NCBI GenBank assembly: GCA_018400015.1
Contig: JAGYNB010000002.1
Coordinates: 180,555 to 244,554, forward strand
Origin: Candidatus Omnitrophota bacterium
GTDB lineage: Bacteria > Omnitrophota > Gorgyraeia > Gygaellales > Gygaellaceae
Direction of reading: 5' to 3'
Length of the DNA stretch: 64,000 nucleotides
Shown here: positions 56,850 through 64,000 of the stretch, piece after piece
How positions within the stretch are numbered: position 1 is the first letter of the stretch
How the letters are laid out: every line of letters begins with the position of its first letter
Program-made: the position numbers and the translations under genes
Notes under the pieces: generated by a model
Databases searched by the model: none
What the model was told of the DNA's origin: nothing
Seen by the model: only the letters and a program-made list of their open reading frames with translations

Positions 56850-56886
56850 AAAAACCCTCAAAGATATCCTAATGAGGGTTTTTTAT
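56850..56886 (+). terminator. Intrinsic terminator hairpin
   Basis: AAAAACCCTCA-12 nt-TGAGGGTTTTTT directly after the small ORF. Confidence 0.7.
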
Positions 56887-56965
56887 TAATTGCAGCTTGG
56901 GGTATTTGATATATAATATTTGTTACGGGATCATTAATTTTTATAAGGATCAAGCTATCCATATT

Positions 56966-58375
56966 ATGAACAATAAACGCTTACGCAAAGTAAATAACCA
57001 TACAATTTCCGGCAGCATAAGAACTTCCATCTGGAAACTTGCCATTCCGATGATGGGCGGAGCTATTTTGCATGATTTATTCTCTCTTGCGGATATGTTT
57101 TTTGTAGGGCGTTTGGGGCATGAAGCAGTGGCGGCTTTGACCATATCAGGCTTTATTATATCGGTTATTATGATGGCGATTATCGGCATTGCCACAGGCA
57201 CAACTGCATTGATTGCCCATTTTACCGGTAAAAAGGATTATGATTCAGCTGATCTGGTATTGTTCCAGACAGTGGTAGTAAGCGTTGTTGGCTCAATAAT
57301 TATGGTGTTTATCGGATTATTTTCTACAGAGTTTTTGCTTAAGCTTTTTGGTGCAACTGCTGAGATAATCCCCGCAGCGGCAGAGTATTTAAAAATTGGG
57401 TTTATCTGGTCGATATTTATATTTTTGTTTATCGGGTTTAATCAGGCCTTAAGAGGTTCAGGCGATGTTGATGTTCCTCTAAAGGTGCTTATTCTAGCCA
57501 ATGTGATAAATATTATTATTGACCCTATGTTTATATTCGGTTTTGGAATAATACCTTCGATGGGTGTTGCCGGTTCTGCTATAGCCACTGTATTAAGCCG
57601 CGGTATAGGCGTAGTGATACTTTTTATGCATTTTATGTTTGGTCATTCCAGTCTGCATTTTCACAAAAAAGTATTTAAGATTAATTTTACGATTATCGGC
57701 AGGATGATTAAAATCGGTTTTTTTGCTTCGTTTGAGGTATTGTTAAGACAGATTTCCATACTTTTATTGGCGCGAATCGTGGCATCATTTGGTGCAGTAT
57801 CTTTGGCAGCATTTGGTATTGCCATGAGGTTGCGCTTATCGATTATTATGCTTGGTATGGGCATGGCTGATACGGCTTCAGTGTTGATAGGACAGAATAT
57901 GGGGGCAGGCAATGCAGAACGTGCAACAAAATTAGGCATGAAGATATTAAAATATTTTGAATTGATGATTATACCGGTTGCAATTGTGTTTTTTGTTTTT
58001 TCTCAAGCGATAATAACAATATTCAATAATCATCCCGAAGTTGTTAGAACCGGTAGTATGTTTTTAAGGCTGGTTGCGGTTACCTTGCCGTTTTTGGCTG
58101 TTGCGCTTATTTTAGGCAGAGGCGTTACCGGAGCAGGAGATACGATTGCGCCTGCTGTGATGACAGGCATTTCACAACTGGGTTTGCGTGTCCCCGTGGC
58201 TTATGTTATGAGCATCGTATTTGGTTTTGGTATAATCGGCGTATGGCTGGGGATTAATGCATCTGATATCCTGCAGGGTTTGGCGATGCTGTGGTATTTT
58301 AAAAAAGGATACTGGCAGAAGAGGTATCACAAGCACAGGGTTATTTTAGAACAGGGCGGGTTTGCAGGCATTTGA
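56966..58375 (+). CDS. MATE-family efflux transporter
   Basis: IWKLAIPM, DMFFVGRLG, LRGSGD, NIIIDPMFIFG, MGVAGSAIAT and IGQNMGAG. Likely ATG start at 56966. Confidence 0.92.
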   Translation: MNNKRLRKVNNHTISGSIRTSIWKLAIPMMGGAILHDLFSLADMFFVGRLGHEAVAALTISGFIISVIMMAIIGIATGTTALIAHFTGKKDYDSADLVLFQTVVVSVVGSIIMVFIGLFSTEFLLKLFGATAEIIPAAAEYLKIGFIWSIFIFLFIGFNQALRGSGDVDVPLKVLILANVINIIIDPMFIFGFGIIPSMGVAGSAIATVLSRGIGVVILFMHFMFGHSSLHFHKKVFKINFTIIGRMIKIGFFASFEVLLRQISILLLARIVASFGAVSLAAFGIAMRLRLSIIMLGMGMADTASVLIGQNMGAGNAERATKLGMKILKYFELMIIPVAIVFFVFSQAIITIFNNHPEVVRTGSMFLRLVAVTLPFLAVALILGRGVTGAGDTIAPAVMTGISQLGLRVPVAYVMSIVFGFGIIGVWLGINASDILQGLAMLWYFKKGYWQKRYHKHRVILEQGGFAGI

Positions 58376-58376
58376 T

Positions 58377-59354
58377 ATGAAACTCAAATACAAAGTAGTC
58401 AATAATAAGCTTATTATTTTAAAGAATAAAGCCACCTTGCAGCCTAAAGGTGAATTTACCATTGGTACCGGTAATAATTTAGTTTATCTGGTAAAAGAGC
58501 CTGATAATTGGTTAAAAGTCAATAGTGTCCCCAGGCGCATTGTATTAAAGGGTAAGTTTAGCTTGGATTTAGAGCATGACCTTACTTTTACGCTTGATAA
58601 GACCAAAACCCAGGCCGGTAATGACAGGTTATTATTAAAAACTGATTTAGTAAGCGCTAAAGCAAGGTCGTTGGTGTTTTCTCTTGGTGCAAAAGAAAAT
58701 AACGGAGCTTATAGGTTAAGATTACTGCAGTTAAAAGGCAGGTGGCGCTCGGATAAATATAATCGGCTTAGTTTTTTAGTAAAGAAGCTAAAATCAACCG
58801 ATACATTGACCTTACAAGGCGAGTGGGAATTAAAGAATAACACGCTTATTTATACTTATAAACGCACTCCTTTAAAGACAAAGACAAAAAAAGAGCATAG
58901 TTTAACCTTTAAAGGCTATTGGCAGATAAATAAGAAAAACCGCCTTACGTACATATTCGATAAAAAAAGTGGTTCATTTTTTGAGTTTAAGGTTTTAGTT
59001 GAGACGCCTAACTTAATCGGTAAAGATGGAGAGATTAAGTATAGAGTTGGTATTGGGTTAAACTCAAGTAAAGTCATTACTTTATATGGGGTTTGGAAGT
59101 TAAACAGAAAAACCGGCCTTTCATTTGAAGTAGATTACGGCAATAATAGGGTAGAACAGATAAAGTTTACTGCGTTTGTAAGGCTAAGGAGTAAAGATAA
59201 GCTTAGCTTTAGTTTAAAAACAAAGAATGGCAAAGATTTAGGTTTGGGTGTAGAATTTAAAAAGAGCTTCTTTAAACATAGCGAGTGGTTCTTAAAAGCG
59301 CGTAGAACTAATGCAGTAAAGAGGTTTGATTGCGGAGTTACTCTTCGGTGGTAG
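58377..59354 (+). CDS. Basic hypothetical protein built of beta-hairpin repeats
   Basis: About six L-x-G-x-W/F-x-L-x(3-4)-L-x-F/Y units and C-terminal GVTLRW. Likely ATG start at 58377. Confidence 0.7.
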   Translation: MKLKYKVVNNKLIILKNKATLQPKGEFTIGTGNNLVYLVKEPDNWLKVNSVPRRIVLKGKFSLDLEHDLTFTLDKTKTQAGNDRLLLKTDLVSAKARSLVFSLGAKENNGAYRLRLLQLKGRWRSDKYNRLSFLVKKLKSTDTLTLQGEWELKNNTLIYTYKRTPLKTKTKKEHSLTFKGYWQINKKNRLTYIFDKKSGSFFEFKVLVETPNLIGKDGEIKYRVGIGLNSSKVITLYGVWKLNRKTGLSFEVDYGNNRVEQIKFTAFVRLRSKDKLSFSLKTKNGKDLGLGVEFKKSFFKHSEWFLKARRTNAVKRFDCGVTLRW

Positions 59355-59501
59355 TAGAGAGTAATGATATTTAAGTAATAAATCGATAAAATTAAAATTA
59401 TCATACGTTATAACATATTAAGCTGCCTGTATGGTAACTTTTTGTTTGACAAAGGAAAAAAGAAGTCTTAAGTATATTAAGATAGTTAATTTAAATGCAT
59501 T

Positions 59502-59885
59502 ATGCAGGAATTGATTAAAGATTTTTTAAAACAGAAGAAAATAGCAGTTGCAGGCTCATTTAGGAATGAGACCAAGTTTGCCTATAAGATATTCAAGGCA
59601 TTAAGGTCAAAAGGCTATGAGGTGTATCCTGTTAACCCAGGCCTTGATCAGGTAGATGGAGTAAAGTGTTATAAAAGCATAAAAGACATCCCGTTTGATA
59701 TCGATGCTGTAAATCTGGTGGTGCCGCCAAAGGTATCACAAGAGATGATAAAAGACTCACTTGAGAGATCCATTAAAAAAATCTGGCTGCAGCCCGGGGC
59801 TGAGGATGAGGCTGTTTTAGAATTCTGCCAGGATAATAATATCAAGCCAATCCACGGGCTTTGTATAATGCTTGAGGCTTTGTAA
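59502..59885 (+). CDS. CoA-binding protein (YccU-like)
   Basis: IAVAGS, YPVNP, IWLQPGAE and GLCIM motifs. Confidence 0.87.
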   Translation: MQELIKDFLKQKKIAVAGSFRNETKFAYKIFKALRSKGYEVYPVNPGLDQVDGVKCYKSIKDIPFDIDAVNLVVPPKVSQEMIKDSLERSIKKIWLQPGAEDEAVLEFCQDNNIKPIHGLCIMLEAL

Positions 59886-59910
59886 TAAAGAATATAAGGG
59901 GATTATTGTC

Positions 59911-60672
59911 ATGAAACAATGGTATGAACAGTTATTTGAAAACTACGCTCATAAATACGATCAGGAGCCTTTTGTGCAGGGCACTGTTGGTGAGTGTGAT
60001 TTTATTGAAACTGAGATAAACCGCGATAAAAGTAAAAGGATTATAGATATCGGCTGCGGTACAGGACGCCACGCGATAGAACTTACCAAAAGAGGCTATA
60101 AGGTTACTGGTATTGATTTTTCCGTTTCCCAGATCAACAGGGCAAAAGAAAAAGCTAAAGAGCAAGGATTGACTATAGACTTTCAAATGCAAGACGCGCG
60201 TAATCTTACCTTTAAAGAGGAATTTGACTTAGCGATTATGATTTGCGAAGGGGGTTTCTCTTTAATGGAGACAGACGAGATGAACTTTGCAATACTTAAA
60301 AGCGCTACAAGAGCGTTAAAAGATAAGGGAAAACTAATATTTACTGCTTTAAACGGGCTTTTCCCGCTATTGCATTCGGTTAAAGATTTTTATGAGTCTA
60401 AAGCTAAAGAAGGCCAGTCCCAGTGCAAGGATTGTTCCTTTGACCTGATGACTTTCAGAGATCATAATACTGTTGTGTTTGAAGATGATTCTGGCAATAA
60501 AAAAGAGCTAAAATGCAATGAGCGCTATTACCTGCCCAGTGAGATAACCTGGCTTCTTAAAAGCCTTGGGTATAAGCAAATCGATATCTTCGGCGCAAAA
60601 CTTGGGGCTTTTTCAAGGGAAGAGAAGCTCACTAGCGAACACTTTGAGATGCTTGTGTCGGCGCAGAGGTAG
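59911..60672 (+). CDS. Class I SAM-dependent methyltransferase
   Basis: IIDIGCGTGRHA, GIDFS, DAR and FDLAIMICEGGF. Likely ATG start at 59911. Confidence 0.87.
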   Translation: MKQWYEQLFENYAHKYDQEPFVQGTVGECDFIETEINRDKSKRIIDIGCGTGRHAIELTKRGYKVTGIDFSVSQINRAKEKAKEQGLTIDFQMQDARNLTFKEEFDLAIMICEGGFSLMETDEMNFAILKSATRALKDKGKLIFTALNGLFPLLHSVKDFYESKAKEGQSQCKDCSFDLMTFRDHNTVVFEDDSGNKKELKCNERYYLPSEITWLLKSLGYKQIDIFGAKLGAFSREEKLTSEHFEMLVSAQR

Positions 60673-60749
60673 TTTGATTTATTAGCGAACAATCCGCGTA
60701 GGGAAAATTAAAACAACAGCTAAATTAATAGTAAAATTCATCCCAAAGT

Positions 60750-60779
60750 ATTCATAAAAAATATTATTTTTTTATGAAT
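60750..60779. repeat. 12-bp perfect inverted repeat (ATTCATAAAAAA-TATTAT-TTTTTTATGAAT)
   Basis: Directly visible upstream of the promoter at 60803. Could be an operator or a hairpin. Confidence 0.7.
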
Positions 60780-60802
60780 TTATTTTTTTCTTTGTACAAA
60801 CG

Positions 60803-60831
60803 TTGACAAATATATTATGCATGTGTATAAT
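60803..60831 (+). promoter_or_regulatory. Perfect-consensus sigma70 promoter TTGACA-N17-TATAAT
   Basis: TTGACA 60803-60808 and TATAAT 60826-60831. RBS GAGGAG precedes GTG 60873. Confidence 0.8.
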
Positions 60832-60872
60832 AACAAAACTATTAAAAAAAATGCTAACGAGAGGAGAAAAAA

Positions 60873-61655
60873 GTGCGAAAGTTAATTTGTTTTTTCTGTA
60901 TAAGTGTTTTATTTGTTCCTTTAATGAATGTTCATGCGGCTATGATAGGCGCAGCTCAAACCCAAGGGCAGAGTAAGATATCTTTTGCTTTAGAACAAGA
61001 TATAGTTTTTGATAGGGATATGAAAATAATAAGTATAAGCCCTGATGTAGGGACAGTTATTAGCGATATGAAATTTGACGAAATGTATCGAACAGATATA
61101 AAGGTTAGTTATGGTTTGCTGGAGAATTTGGATGCATATATTAAACTAGGAATTGCTGATTTTAAGATGTCGGAAAATTGGAGATCAACAACACCTGAAG
61201 TGGGAACAATAAAGGATAAAGCAAAAAATGACTTGTTGTGGGGCCTTGGGTTAAAAGGTACTATGCAATTGGAAGATGATTGGTTATTAGGAATCGATAC
61301 GCAGTATTTATCTCATCGAAATAAATTTGAGGGACAAATTAACAATATAAGTAGTCCAGCTGATAGTGAGGATTATTCAGGTAAAATGAAAATTAAAGAA
61401 TGGCATGTAGCTCCGTATGTTGCAAAGAAGTTCGATAATCTTATTCCCTATTTGGGAATAAAATATTCAGATCTTAGGATAAAAAATGAGTTTAGCACAT
61501 CCAGCAACGATACAGAAGAAAAAAGGAAAGCTGAAGATAATTTCGGTATTTTTGTAGGAACGGATTATAAAATTGACGATGACTGGAAGCTGAATATAGA
61601 AGGCAGATTTTTAGATGAGACGGCAATGAGCCTGGGAGCTTCTTGTAAATTTTAA
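60873..61655 (+). CDS. Outer-membrane beta-barrel protein
   Basis: Signal peptide (VHA|A), amphipathic beta strands with aromatic girdles (PYLGIKYSD, GIFVGTDY) and a C-terminal Phe beta-signal (GASCKF). Confidence 0.8.
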   Translation: MRKLICFFCISVLFVPLMNVHAAMIGAAQTQGQSKISFALEQDIVFDRDMKIISISPDVGTVISDMKFDEMYRTDIKVSYGLLENLDAYIKLGIADFKMSENWRSTTPEVGTIKDKAKNDLLWGLGLKGTMQLEDDWLLGIDTQYLSHRNKFEGQINNISSPADSEDYSGKMKIKEWHVAPYVAKKFDNLIPYLGIKYSDLRIKNEFSTSSNDTEEKRKAEDNFGIFVGTDYKIDDDWKLNIEGRFLDETAMSLGASCKF

Positions 61656-61697
61656 AATATGACAATATAAAAAAGAAATTTTTATTGATTCATTGTA

Positions 61698-61737
61698 TAC
61701 CCGCAGAGGATAATTTATCTTTTGCGGGTGTTTTTTT
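61698..61737 (+). terminator. Intrinsic terminator
   Basis: ACCCGCAGAGGATA-ATT-TATCTTTTGCGGGT stem (with G-U pairs) followed by G and T7. Confidence 0.82.
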
Positions 61738-61807
61738 ACGTAATTCTCTCTTTAGCTCCTGCGTCAATAGCCGATTTTCCTAAAAAAATATAAACCTCGT
61801 TTTATTA

Positions 61808-61848
61808 TTGACACGGGCGCGTTATTATTTTATAATGCACATATGTGC
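61808..61848 (+). promoter_or_regulatory. Perfect sigma70 promoter with abutting 12-bp palindrome GCACATATGTGC (candidate operator)
   Basis: TTGACA 61808-61813, 17-nt spacer, TATAAT 61831-61836; the palindrome at 61837-61848 spans the predicted +1. Confidence 0.8.
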
Positions 61849-61865
61849 GAAATAGGAGCAATAAG

Positions 61866-62183
61866 ATGAGGCCTAAGAAAACTAGATGGGTTAAGTGTGA
61901 ACCGGGGGAGAGGTGTTTTCGTCCTCAGTGCAAGCCTTTGAATAAATTAGAAGGTGTTTATATGACTATAGATGAGTTTGAGGCGATAAGGCTCTCATAT
62001 CTCGAAGGTTTAACCCAAGAGCAAGTTGCAAAGAAAATGAAAATCCACCGTTCGACCGTATCCCGCATATTGGAGTCAGGAAATAAAAAAGTAGCCGATG
62101 CTCTTGTGAATATCAAGTCTATAAAAATTGAAGGTGGCTGTTGTAAGATTGTAGGAGATAAAAAACATGAAAGAAAAAAATAA
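61866..62183 (+). CDS. DUF134 (UPF0251) HTH DNA-binding protein
   Basis: MRPKKTRWV, F-x-P, DEFEAIRL, EGLTQEQVAKKMKIHRSTVSRIL (HTH), KKVADALV and IKIEGG. RBS AGGAG precedes ATG 61866. Confidence 0.88.
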   Translation: MRPKKTRWVKCEPGERCFRPQCKPLNKLEGVYMTIDEFEAIRLSYLEGLTQEQVAKKMKIHRSTVSRILESGNKKVADALVNIKSIKIEGGCCKIVGDKKHERKK

Positions 62184-63339
62184 ATTTTTATTAATGTTTG
62201 CTGTGTTTTTAGCATTCTTCTATCTGCCTGTTGAGTTGCTGTCTTTTCGCAATCCCGTTTTTGAGTCTCTTGCGTTGGTTCGTTGGTACGCCAGAGAACA
62301 TGTTTTGCTTTGCCTCGTTCCGGCTTTTTTTATCGCCGGAGCAATATCGGTTTTTGTATCTCAGGCGTCTGTTATTAAATACTTCGGAGCAAAAGCGAAT
62401 AAATTTCTTGCTTATAGCGTTGCGTCTGTTTCCGGAACAATTTTGGCAGTTTGTTCATGCACTGTCTTGCCTTTATTTTCTGGAATTTACAAAAGAGGCG
62501 CGGGGTTAGGGCCGGCTACTGCATTTCTTTATTCAGGTCCGGCAATTAACGTGCTTGCGATTATTATGACAGCCAGAATTCTTGGCTGGGAGTTAGGCTT
62601 GGCTAGGGCAGTTGGAGCGGTTATATTTAGTGTTGTAGTAGGGTTATTGATGCATCTAATATTTATAAAGGAAGAAAGAGCCAGGCAAACGAACGGCGAT
62701 TTTCAGCTGGGGGAAGCTGAAGAAGCCAGGCCGTTATGGAAAAACGCGGTTTATTTTATTTCCATGGTAGGTATCCTTGTATTCGCTAACTGGGGAAAGC
62801 CTCAGGATGGCGATACAGGGCTTTGGGCGGCAATCTTTAATCTCAAGTGGATAATAACTCTTGGTTTTCTTGTTTTATTAATCATAATGCTCATAGCATG
62901 GTTTAAGAAGCAGGAGTTAAAAAACTGGACGAGCGCTTCCTGGACTTTTGCCAAACAGATAATGCCTTTACTTCTTGCCGGTGTAGTTGTGGCAGGATTG
63001 TTATTGGGCCGGCCGGGACATGAAGGTTTTATTCCATCGTGGATAATCGAAAAAGCTGTTGGTGGCAATTCACTGCTATCGAATTTCTTCGCTTCAATTG
63101 TGGGGGCATTCATGTATTTTGCCACCCTTACTGAGGTACCCATTTTGCAGGGCTTGATCGGTGCGGGTATGGGCAAAGGGCCTGCATTAGCTCTGCTTTT
63201 GGCTGGCCCGGCTTTAAGTTTGCCGAATATGTTGGTTATCCGTGGTGTTATCGGCACCAAGAAAACAGTTGTTTATGTCAGCCTTGTCGTGGTCATGGCG
63301 ACAATAAGCGGGATTGTTTTTGGAATGATCGTATCTTAA
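62167..63339 (+). CDS. ArsP/DUF318-family permease
   Basis: EHVLLCLVPAFFIAGAI, LAVCSCTVLPLF, AFLYSGPAIN, MYFATLTEVPI and LLLAGPALSLP. Confidence 0.85.
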   Translation: MKEKNKFLLMFAVFLAFFYLPVELLSFRNPVFESLALVRWYAREHVLLCLVPAFFIAGAISVFVSQASVIKYFGAKANKFLAYSVASVSGTILAVCSCTVLPLFSGIYKRGAGLGPATAFLYSGPAINVLAIIMTARILGWELGLARAVGAVIFSVVVGLLMHLIFIKEERARQTNGDFQLGEAEEARPLWKNAVYFISMVGILVFANWGKPQDGDTGLWAAIFNLKWIITLGFLVLLIIMLIAWFKKQELKNWTSASWTFAKQIMPLLLAGVVVAGLLLGRPGHEGFIPSWIIEKAVGGNSLLSNFFASIVGAFMYFATLTEVPILQGLIGAGMGKGPALALLLAGPALSLPNMLVIRGVIGTKKTVVYVSLVVVMATISGIVFGMIVS

Positions 63340-63350
63340 AGGAGATGTTT

Positions 63351-64000
63351 ATGGAAAAAGATATCAAGAAGTTAGTTAAAGAAGGTTATGCTAAGGTTGC
63401 CAAGAAAGGGACATCCTGTTGTTCTTCCGGATCGTGCTGTTCATCATCAGACAACGCCCGGGATATCAGTAAGAGCGTTGGCTATAGCGATGATGAGATA
63501 AAAACTGTTCCTGACGGGGCGAACTTAGGGCTTGGCTGCGGTAATCCGGTGGCCATAGCTTCGTTAAAAGAGGGTGATGTTGTGCTTGATTTAGGCAGCG
63601 GTGCAGGATTTGATGCTTTTCTTGCGGCTAAGAAAGTAGGCAAGACAGGGCGTGTTATCGGCGTGGATATGACTGCGGAAATGCTGGAGAGAGCACGGGC
63701 GAACGCTAAAAAAGGCGGGTTTGATAACGTGGAGTTCCGCTCAGGCGAGATAGAGAAACTTCCTGTGGAGGATAATATGATTGATGTAGTTATCTCTAAC
63801 TGCGTTATAAACCTATCACCGGATAAACAGACGGTGTTTAAGGAAGCGTTCAGGGTGCTTAAGCCAGGAGGCAGGCTGATGGTTTCCGATCTGGTCCTGG
63901 TCAAAGAGTTGCCAGAACAGATTAAGGAATCGGTCGAAGCGTATGTGGGTTGTCTTACCGGAGCGATTAAGAAAGATATATATCTTGGGTTCATCAAGCA
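63351..64000 (+). CDS. arsM: Arsenite S-adenosylmethionine methyltransferase (3'-truncated by window edge; absent from the ORF track)
   Basis: Translation MEKDIKKLVKEGYAKVAKKGTSCCSSGSCC...ANLGLGCGNPVAIA...VLDLGSGAGFD...GVDMT...VISNCVINLSPDK...YVGCLTGA shows the ArsM cysteines. RBS AGGAG upstream. Confidence 0.92.
   Translation, partial: MEKDIKKLVKEGYAKVAKKGTSCCSSGSCCSSSDNARDISKSVGYSDDEIKTVPDGANLGLGCGNPVAIASLKEGDVVLDLGSGAGFDAFLAAKKVGKTGRVIGVDMTAEMLERARANAKKGGFDNVEFRSGEIEKLPVEDNMIDVVISNCVINLSPDKQTVFKEAFRVLKPGGRLMVSDLVLVKELPEQIKESVEAYVGCLTGAIKKDIYLGFIK

Noticed and set aside
59446-59478. TTGACA upstream of the CoA-binding gene as a sigma70 promoter
   Set aside because: The hexamer at 17-nt spacing is TAAGTA and the better TATATT lies 21 nt away, too weak to call.
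567-63997. Numerous minus-strand and alternative-frame ORFs in the six-frame track (e.g. 6673-7170, 18807-19298, 31966-32493, 55783-56421, 63482-63997)
   Set aside because: All overlap well-supported + strand genes, lack recognisable motifs and have antisense-shadow composition. 63482-63997 is the shadow of arsM.
1-64000. CRISPR arrays, tRNA/rRNA genes, IS elements, integrases, prophage genes, recoded stop codons
   Set aside because: No regularly spaced repeats, cloverleaf or rRNA-like stretches, or transposase/integrase motifs were seen. Intergenic gaps are short, and conserved genes are intact under the standard bacterial code.

Overview
A 64-kb, AT-rich bacterial chromosomal segment in which every credible gene lies on the + strand. 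The gene content suggests a PVC-superphylum anaerobe such as Ca. Omnitrophota; this is inference and has not been verified. From left to right: (1) housekeeping genes proC', mtnP, ileS, a DksA/TraR protein, lspA, an RluA-family synthase and aroA; (2) the elongasome operon mreBCD-mrdA-rodA plus a B12-radical SAM gene; (3) a ~21-kb type IV pilus/T2SS-like cluster preceded by an unusual c-di-GMP cassette (degenerate HAMP-GAF-GGDEF, stand-alone MshEN, two tandem PilB/GspE ATPases, a 1388-aa GGDEF-STAND NTPase-HEAT protein and a second stand-alone MshEN), followed by pilC, three pilin-like genes, pilN/O/P/Q, a coiled-coil-TPR protein and pilM; (4) an orphan GroES, split pta, ackA, panD and small envelope/regulatory genes; (5) an MlaEFD-type ABC system with two lipoproteins, an APC-PTS-EIIA fusion and a CPA2-CBS antiporter; (6) gcvT-H-PA-PB-lipA; (7) an accessory tail with methyltransferases, a carbonic-anhydrase-like gene, a small PLDc_N gene absent from the ORF track, MATE, a beta-repeat hypothetical, an outer-membrane beta-barrel, and a DUF134-permease-arsM operon with a perfect palindrome at its predicted transcription start. 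No rRNA, tRNA, CRISPR array, transposase or integrase was recognised. All assignments come from motif recognition by eye; no database searches were run.
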